DNA of 63,101 nucleotides, taken from the IMG/VR virus record IMGVR_UViG_3300035667_000002; one strand, written 5' to 3'. The notes below the pieces were generated by a model. It was given only the letters and a program-made list of their open reading frames with translations, was not told the origin of the DNA and made no database searches. Origin of the DNA: a virus. The position numbers and the translations under genes were made by a program. This document shows, piece by piece, positions 57,986 through 63,101 of this stretch (the first letter of the stretch is position 1; every line of letters starts with the position of its first letter).

Positions 57986-59492
57986 CCGGAACCCGTTCTC
58001 GATGACCCTCCCGGCTCCCGACGATGATCTCCGCGCTCAGATCCAGAAGGCCGTGGCCGCGCGGCGCTGGTACAACTCCCCCGTGGCCTGGGCGCGTGAC
58101 TGCCTGAGCGTCGACCTGGCGGGCTACCAGGGGGAGGTCCTGGACGCACTGCCTATCCGCAAGCGGGTCGCTGTGCGTGGCCCTCACGGCCTGGGCAAGA
58201 GTTTCATGGGCGCGGTGCTGGTCTGCTGGTTCGCGACGACCCGGGACCTGGCCGGCCAGGACTGGAAGATCATCACCACCGCGTCCGCGTGGCGACACCT
58301 TGAGGTCTACCTCTGGCCCGAGATCCACAAGTGGGCCGGCAAGATCGATTTCGATACCCTCGGCCGGAGCCCGTTCGTCAAGAACAAGGATCTATTGGAT
58401 CTCCGGCTCAAGCTCAACTACGGCGCGGCCACCGCCGTAGCCAGCAACCAGCCCGAGCGGATCGAGGGCGCGCACGCGCGTCAGCTCCTGTACCTACTTG
58501 ACGAGGCGAAGATCATCCCGCCCGAGACCTGGGACTCGATCGAGGGCGCGTTCTCGAACGCGGGCCCCGACACCGGGGACGACGCGTACGCGTTCGCCAT
58601 GAGCACCCCGGGCCCCCCTGGCGGCCGGTTCTACGACATCCACCGCCGCGCCCCTGGGTACGAGGACTGGTGGACACGCCATGTGAAGCTGGACGAGGCG
58701 GTGACCGCCGGCCGGATCTCCCGGCACTGGGCCGATCAGCGTCTGCTCCAGTGGGGCCAGGACTCCGCGATCTACCACAACCGCGTCCTTGGCGAGTTCC
58801 ACGCGAGCGACGAGGACGCGACGATCCCCCTGGCCTGGATCGAGCAGGCGATCGAGCGCTGGCACGAGTGGGACCGCGCCGGCCGGCCCGACGGCGGTGG
58901 CCCGCTCTGGACCGGTGTCGACGTGGGCCGAGGCGGTGACGAGTCGGTGATGGCCATCCGGGACGGCGCGTTCGTACGGTTGGAGGCCAACCGGCGGCGC
59001 GACACCATGAGCCAGGTTGCCGACCTCCAGGGTCGGCTCGGCCGGGCCATCATCGACACGATCGGCCTGGGCGCTGGCGTGTACGACCGGATGCGCGAGC
59101 TTCACCTCCGGGCGCTGCCCTACGTCGGTTCGGCCCGCACGGCGGCGCGCGACCGGACGGGTAAGTACGGGTTCACGAACACCCGGTCCGCCGCGTACTG
59201 GAACCTTCGGGAGTTGCTGGACCCGGCCTATGAGCCCACGCTCGCTCTCCCCCCGGACGACATGATGATCTCGGACCTGACCATGCCGACCTGGCAGGTC
59301 ACCACCGGCCTACCGCCCAAGATCCAGGTGGAGCCCAAGGACAAGGTGGTGGAGCGGCTCGGCCGCTCGCCGGACCGTGGAGACGCGGTGGCCATGGCCA
59401 TGTGGGCCGACCGGCACAAGGTGGGCGACACGTTCGCGGTTCCGACCAACGTGCGGATGGGCACCGGAGTTTCTCCCCTCGCAGGCCGTTGA
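57978..59492 (+). CDS. terminase large subunit
   Basis: VRGPHGLGKS Walker A, LLDEAK Walker B-like, and a C-terminal nuclease-like region with acidic residues. Confidence 0.8.
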   Translation: MSDRNPFSMTLPAPDDDLRAQIQKAVAARRWYNSPVAWARDCLSVDLAGYQGEVLDALPIRKRVAVRGPHGLGKSFMGAVLVCWFATTRDLAGQDWKIITTASAWRHLEVYLWPEIHKWAGKIDFDTLGRSPFVKNKDLLDLRLKLNYGAATAVASNQPERIEGAHARQLLYLLDEAKIIPPETWDSIEGAFSNAGPDTGDDAYAFAMSTPGPPGGRFYDIHRRAPGYEDWWTRHVKLDEAVTAGRISRHWADQRLLQWGQDSAIYHNRVLGEFHASDEDATIPLAWIEQAIERWHEWDRAGRPDGGGPLWTGVDVGRGGDESVMAIRDGAFVRLEANRRRDTMSQVADLQGRLGRAIIDTIGLGAGVYDRMRELHLRALPYVGSARTAARDRTGKYGFTNTRSAAYWNLRELLDPAYEPTLALPPDDMMISDLTMPTWQVTTGLPPKIQVEPKDKVVERLGRSPDRGDAVAMAMWADRHKVGDTFAVPTNVRMGTGVSPLAGR

Positions 59493-59517
59493 CACCTTGT
59501 CACCACGCCTGTAATGT
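59489..59517 (+). promoter_or_regulatory. conserved promoter
   Basis: TTGACAccttgtcaccacgcctgTAATGT. Overlaps the terminase stop codon. Confidence 0.7.
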
Positions 59518-59592
59518 AGTGAGTGCGAGGCCGGTTACCGGGGACCAAGAGGGCAACCTGGCCGGCCTCGCCTCACCCGAGGGGGATTGGCA

Positions 59593-59775
59593 ATGGACGA
59601 GATCGTGGAGTTCAAGGGCCAGGAGCTGACCGAGCTTCTGGACCGGCTCCGCTCGCTGGTCGAGGACGACGGCCACGGTTCGGTCCACTCGATCAGGTTC
59701 GCGGTGGACGGCGGGCTCAAGCTCAAGGTCAATAACAGCACGTGGACTCCGCCGCTCGGCCAGGTCCAGCGGTGA
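59593..59775 (+). CDS. hypothetical protein (60 aa)
   Basis: GAGGGGG RBS. Downstream of promoter 59489..59517. Confidence 0.5.
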   Translation: MDEIVEFKGQELTELLDRLRSLVEDDGHGSVHSIRFAVDGGLKLKVNNSTWTPPLGQVQR

Positions 59776-59888
59776 ACCCGCACATCGAGCCCCAGGGCGA
59801 CGGCTCCAAGGACCCGTTCAAGGGTGTGGCCGCGTTCGCGTTCTTCCTGGTGGTCATCGTCATCCTCGCTCTCGCGGCGGTGAAGTGA
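59772..59888 (+). CDS. small membrane protein (38 aa)
   Basis: GTGA overlap. One hydrophobic helix. Translated by hand. Confidence 0.35.
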   Translation: MNPHIEPQGDGSKDPFKGVAAFAFFLVVIVILALAAVK

Positions 59889-60055
59889 TGGGCCGCAACG
59901 ATCCCACGGGGGACAAGGACCAGTGGTGGCTCAAGTGGCACCCGAACAAGGCACCGGGCAAGGGCCGCGCCAAGTCCAAGGGCGGGACGGCCGGGATCAG
60001 CAAGGGCGAAATCATCTCCCCCAAGAACAACAAGAAGAGGAAGGGTGGCAAGTGA
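59888..60055 (+). CDS. small Lys/Gly-rich protein (55 aa)
   Basis: TGATG overlap. Translated by hand. Confidence 0.4.
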   Translation: MGRNDPTGDKDQWWLKWHPNKAPGKGRAKSKGGTAGISKGEIISPKNNKKRKGGK

Positions 60056-60441
60056 TGGCGCGAGGTGAGCTGGTAAACCGGACCTGGACTGTGGGTGAGT
60101 ACACGTTCCAGGAGGTCGAGACCGACTGGGCCGGTGAGCGTCGCACGTTCTACCGGTTCGGCGTGGACGGCCTGCCCCGCTCGAACGAGCTGTTCGACTC
60201 GGTAGAGCACGCGATCGTGTCCGCCATCGCGGAGAAGTACACCGGCCGGCGCGGTGCCGGCGGCACGGCGGTGGGCACGGCGGCCGACTGGTTCATGCGG
60301 ATGGTCGGCGCGGACGCGTACGACGGCATGACGGCGGCCGGGATTCAGGACCGCCAGGAGGCCGAGGCCCGCAAGGCCGAGGGTGACCGGATCTCGGGCC
60401 GCGCGGCGAACGAGGCTCTACGCAAGGCCGGCAAGCTGTGA
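60055..60441 (+). CDS. hypothetical protein
   Basis: TGATG overlap. 128 aa. Confidence 0.55.
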   Translation: MARGELVNRTWTVGEYTFQEVETDWAGERRTFYRFGVDGLPRSNELFDSVEHAIVSAIAEKYTGRRGAGGTAVGTAADWFMRMVGADAYDGMTAAGIQDRQEAEARKAEGDRISGRAANEALRKAGKL

Positions 60442-60755
60442 CCGACGAGACCACGGCCAGGGACGCTCTCGTGGCCTCCCTGGCCTGTTCGGACGGGTTC
60501 CCGGTCCCGAGTGCCGAGCGGTTCGCCGAGCGCGTCCTGGAGCAACTCCAGGCGCGCGGTTGGGACGTGCGGCCGAGTAACGCGGTCTCGTTCCAGCCGG
60601 CGACGGCTGAGTACCACCCTGGGGAGATGTGGGTCCCGTGGCTCTGGCGTCCGTCCGGTCACGTGCACTGGCACACCTCGGCCAACGAACCGCCGGTTCC
60701 CGGCGGCCAATGGAGCCTGCTCTACGTGCGGACGAGGGACGGAGAGGTCCAGTGA
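60438..60755 (+). CDS. hypothetical protein
   Basis: GTGA overlap. 105 aa. Confidence 0.5.
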   Translation: MTDETTARDALVASLACSDGFPVPSAERFAERVLEQLQARGWDVRPSNAVSFQPATAEYHPGEMWVPWLWRPSGHVHWHTSANEPPVPGGQWSLLYVRTRDGEVQ

Positions 60756-61027
60756 CCAACGACGCTCGGTTGATCATGGCGCAAGAGTTGTCGGCCCAGC
60801 TCCGGCGGATGCCGGTCCCCCTGGCCGAGATCGTGGCGAACCTGGAGGTGGCGCTCACCGCCGCCGGCTACCGGATCGCGCCGATCGCGGAACAGGTCAC
60901 GGACGCGGTGGTCCGGCACGTGACGCGGTACCCCTGCACGTGCGCCGGTCGGCGCGGATGCATGGAGCACCCGTTCGGTAACCCCCTCCCCGATTGGCGT
61001 GGCGTAGACACCCGCGCGACAGGTTGA
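60752..61027 (+). CDS. hypothetical protein
   Basis: GTGA overlap. 91 aa. Confidence 0.5.
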   Translation: MTNDARLIMAQELSAQLRRMPVPLAEIVANLEVALTAAGYRIAPIAEQVTDAVVRHVTRYPCTCAGRRGCMEHPFGNPLPDWRGVDTRATG

Positions 61028-61052
61028 CACTTCACAGTCATGCATGTAACGT
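61024..61052 (+). promoter_or_regulatory. conserved promoter
   Basis: TTGACActtcacagtcatgcatgTAACGT. Drives 61108..61533. Confidence 0.7.
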
Positions 61053-61055
61053 AGT

Positions 61056-61084
61056 GGGTGCTGGTCCGGTCAGGGCCGGCACCC
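61056..61084 (+). other. 5'UTR hairpin immediately after promoter
   Basis: GGGTGCTGG...CCGGCACCC, the same GGGTG/CACCC theme as 5005..5038. Confidence 0.45.
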
Positions 61085-61107
61085 ATTGACATTGAAGGGA
61101 CAAGACC

Positions 61108-61533
61108 ATGGGCGTTCACCGCCGCAACTCCGAGGGCACCCGAGGCGACATCTCCGTACACCTCGGGTTCCCGATCTCGAACGCTGAGCCCGAGCGCGGC
61201 GCGCGGCTGGAGGTCATCGATGAGATGTCCGGGCTGATGATGATCTCCGTTACCCTGACCGCGACCCAGCTCCTGGAGATGATGGCCGGCCAGCACACGC
61301 GGGCACATGCCGAGGTGTTCGTCCCGCACCCCGAGCGGCTCGGCAAGCAGATGGAGAACACCAACACGTTGATCACCGGTGGCGGGATCAGCAGCGACGA
61401 GGCGGACGCGGCGGCCGAGGCCACCGCCGCCGGCTACCGGGACCAGGGTTGGGAGTTCGTCAGCATCTCCCGGACCAACACGGGCGGCCGGAACGTCATC
61501 GCCCGGCGCTGGGTAACGCCCGAGCCGGAGTAG
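61108..61533 (+). CDS. hypothetical protein
   Basis: Promoter 61024..61052, a 5'UTR hairpin and a GAAGGGACA RBS. Terminator 61567..61599. Confidence 0.6.
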   Translation: MGVHRRNSEGTRGDISVHLGFPISNAEPERGARLEVIDEMSGLMMISVTLTATQLLEMMAGQHTRAHAEVFVPHPERLGKQMENTNTLITGGGISSDEADAAAEATAAGYRDQGWEFVSISRTNTGGRNVIARRWVTPEPE

Positions 61534-61566
61534 TATCGGCCCTGCCTTCCATGGTGCGTCGGTTCA

Positions 61567-61599
61567 CAAAGCCCCCTGAGCGATCCTTGGGGGGCTTTG
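61567..61599 (+). terminator. hairpin terminator
   Basis: CAAAGCCCCC-13 nt-GGGGGCTTTG, after 61108..61533. Confidence 0.55.
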
Positions 61600-61645
61600 C
61601 CGTGTCCGGGCTCCTGGGGGACCATGTCACCAGGAGGTGGTCTGA

Positions 61646-61834
61646 GTGGTCAGCTCAGCCGGCGGACGCAAGGGTTACGTGGCACCGGGACGGCACCGGG
61701 CGTACAAGGCGCTCCGGCGCAAGGGCAAGTCCAAGAGCGTTGCGGCCCGGATCGCGAACGCGGGTCGCACGAAGGTCGGGCGAAAGAAGATGGCCCGCAA
61801 GGCGGCGCGCACCCGCAAGCGGCACGGCCGGTAG
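61646..61834 (+). CDS. small highly basic protein (62 aa)
   Basis: AGGAGG upstream of the GTG. Very rich in Lys and Arg. Confidence 0.45.
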   Translation: MVSSAGGRKGYVAPGRHRAYKALRRKGKSKSVAARIANAGRTKVGRKKMARKAARTRKRHGR

Positions 61835-61836
61835 CG

Positions 61837-61935
61837 GTGTGGCGAGCCTGGGTGGTGGTCGGCCTGGTCCTCGCGGTGATCGTGTTCGCGATGCTCTGGT
61901 TCGGCTGGCTCTCCCCCTGGGTCCCACGTCGTTGA
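61837..61935 (+). CDS. possible small membrane protein (32 aa)
   Basis: GTG lies 3 nt after the previous stop. Single hydrophobic helix. Lies next to the lysis genes. Confidence 0.3.
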   Translation: MWRAWVVVGLVLAVIVFAMLWFGWLSPWVPRR

Positions 61936-61949
61936 CACTTCACCGTCAA
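61932..61949. promoter_or_regulatory. operator-like palindrome (no convincing -10)
   Basis: TTGACacttcaccGTCAA followed by gcctgCCGATC. Lies upstream of the lysin gene. Confidence 0.45.
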
Positions 61950-61992
61950 GCCTGCCGATCGGTTACCCTGGCGGTTGACAGAGGGGAGGGGC

Positions 61993-62850
61993 ATGACCAA
62001 CTCGCGCAGTATCCAGCGGCTTGAGGACGACGGCCACAAGCGGTACCCCGGGATCACGATCTACGACGTGGGGGACGAGGCGCACGCGGTAGAGGTGTCC
62101 GGACACAACCACGATGACAAACCGGGGGTCAAGGCCGAGGACCAGGACTCGGACAACAAACCCGAGGTGCGGGCCCTCGACTTCATGATCGGGAAAGCCT
62201 TCACCAAGGCGGACGCGGCGGCTCTGTTCGAGGCACTCACCCGGCGGCCGGCCAACCAGGACCGGCTCCTGTATGCGATCTACAACCGGCGGATTCGCTC
62301 GCGGACCGACGGCTGGAAGGACCGGGCGTACACCGGCTCCAACCCACACACGGACCACGTGCACGGCTCCGGCCGGGCCGAGGACGACGAGAACACCGAC
62401 CCGTGGGACATCGCGGCAGTATCAGGAGGCACCACCTTGTCACAGGAGATCGACGGCCTACGCGCGATCCTCTCGGGCTCCGGCTCGGGCACGCTCAACG
62501 CGGCCAATCAGCTCCACGTGAAGTTGAACAAGATCCAGACCACGCTCGATGAGATCCTCAAGAACACCGAGGCGGCGGCGCTGCGCGCGGACGGCCTGCT
62601 CAACATGGCCGACGTCACCACCTCGTGGAGCGACAAGACGCCGGCCGGCAAGCAGATCAACAAGCTGGCCGCCAAGCTCAACGGCCTGACCAACCCGGAC
62701 GTGGACGAGGACGCCCTGGCTACCGCGCTGGCGGCCAAGCTCCAGGACATGCTCCCCGAGGGTGTGGGCCTGACCAAGGACGACGTTCGCGACGCCCTCG
62801 CGGACGTGTTCAACCGGGGCGCCGACGCGGTGACCTCGACCGATCAGTAA
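61993..62850 (+). CDS. putative endolysin (zinc DD-/LD-peptidase-like N-terminus) with helical C-terminus
   Basis: GAGGGGAGGGG RBS. SGHNHDD...RALDFM...HTDHVHGS resembles the H..D...H.H ligands of the M15/VanY fold. Followed by a holin-like gene. Confidence 0.45.
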   Translation: MTNSRSIQRLEDDGHKRYPGITIYDVGDEAHAVEVSGHNHDDKPGVKAEDQDSDNKPEVRALDFMIGKAFTKADAAALFEALTRRPANQDRLLYAIYNRRIRSRTDGWKDRAYTGSNPHTDHVHGSGRAEDDENTDPWDIAAVSGGTTLSQEIDGLRAILSGSGSGTLNAANQLHVKLNKIQTTLDEILKNTEAAALRADGLLNMADVTTSWSDKTPAGKQINKLAAKLNGLTNPDVDEDALATALAAKLQDMLPEGVGLTKDDVRDALADVFNRGADAVTSTDQ

Positions 62851-62859
62851 GGGGACCCT

Positions 62860-63101
62860 ATGTTCGGTATCCGTACCCCGATGTGGCTCGCGCTCGGCGG
62901 GACCGTGCTCATGACGATCCTGCTGGGTGTCCAGAGCGCCACCTCGGACGGCTCCGTCACCGACGGCCAGGAGCTGATCCAGATCAGCATCGGCGTGGTG
63001 ACCGCGTTCGGTGTCTGGGCGGCGGCCAACCTCCCGGGCCAGACCTGGATCAAGACGGCGGTGGCCTCGACCCTCGCCGCGCTCTCCATCCTGGTGACCG
63101 C
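62860..63101 (+). CDS. holin-like membrane protein, 5' part (continues at 128..299 after removing the overlap)
   Basis: ATG lies 10 nt after the lysin stop. Hydrophobic helices. Runs off the window end in frame with 3..299. Confidence 0.5.
   Translation, partial: MFGIRTPMWLALGGTVLMTILLGVQSATSDGSVTDGQELIQISIGVVTAFGVWAAANLPGQTWIKTAVASTLAALSILVT
62975..63101. repeat. terminal overlap copy 2 (identical to 1..127)
   Basis: Compared base by base. It is 127/127 identical. Confidence 0.95.

Noticed and set aside
61086-61103. aTTGACATTGAAGGGACAag upstream of ATG 61108 as an operator copy
   Set aside because: It shares 12 nt with site 18214, but the second arm reads GGACA rather than TGTCA. It was treated as a near miss only.

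Overview
This window is a complete, circularly closed, high-GC tailed-phage genome of the actinobacteriophage (siphovirus-like) type. The first 127 nt (1..127) are identical to the last 127 nt (62975..63101), so the unique length is about 62,974 bp and one gene (62860 -> 299) wraps around the junction. I recognise these modules:
- Small genes and an HNH endonuclease (0.3-6.1 kb).
- Head genes (6.5-16 kb): portal, MuF-like protein, protease/scaffold, capsid with a fused scaffold-like N-terminus.
- Neck and tail genes (16-34 kb): tail assembly chaperones, a 953-aa tape measure, and two giant paralogous tail-collar/HxH fibre proteins.
- A glycosyltransferase/methyltransferase cluster (34.3-37.6 kb).
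- A cassette array of tiny reverse-strand genes (38.3-40.6 kb).
- A replication/recombination module (40.8-54.7 kb): SprT-like protein, RuvC-like resolvase, YqaJ-type exonuclease, SF2 helicase, and a 1412-aa Toprim/P-loop/3'-5' exo/PolA fusion.
- Two envelope proteins, one with an LAxTG sorting signal.
- Terminase (57.2-59.5 kb).
- A lysis cassette (62.0 kb -> 0.3 kb).
I found no integrase, partition genes, canonical tRNA, rRNA, CRISPR array or transposase.
The most interesting content is non-genic:
1. An 18-bp inverted repeat, TTGACA-N6-TGTCAA, forms the -35 region of about 24 near-identical promoters. It also occurs inside at least 10 ORFs, written in rare codons.
2. Twelve TCCTAGGA palindromes in five clusters lie at or near the boundaries of five monocistronic cassettes.
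3. A 156-197 bp non-coding element with inverted-repeat ends (26 bp and perfect in copy B, degenerate in copy A) is present in two copies.
4. A 60-nt tRNA-like fold lacks the anticodon arm.
All product calls come from motifs I read in the translations, and no database search was possible. Many long ORFs in the six-frame track are antisense shadows typical of GC-rich DNA and were not called.
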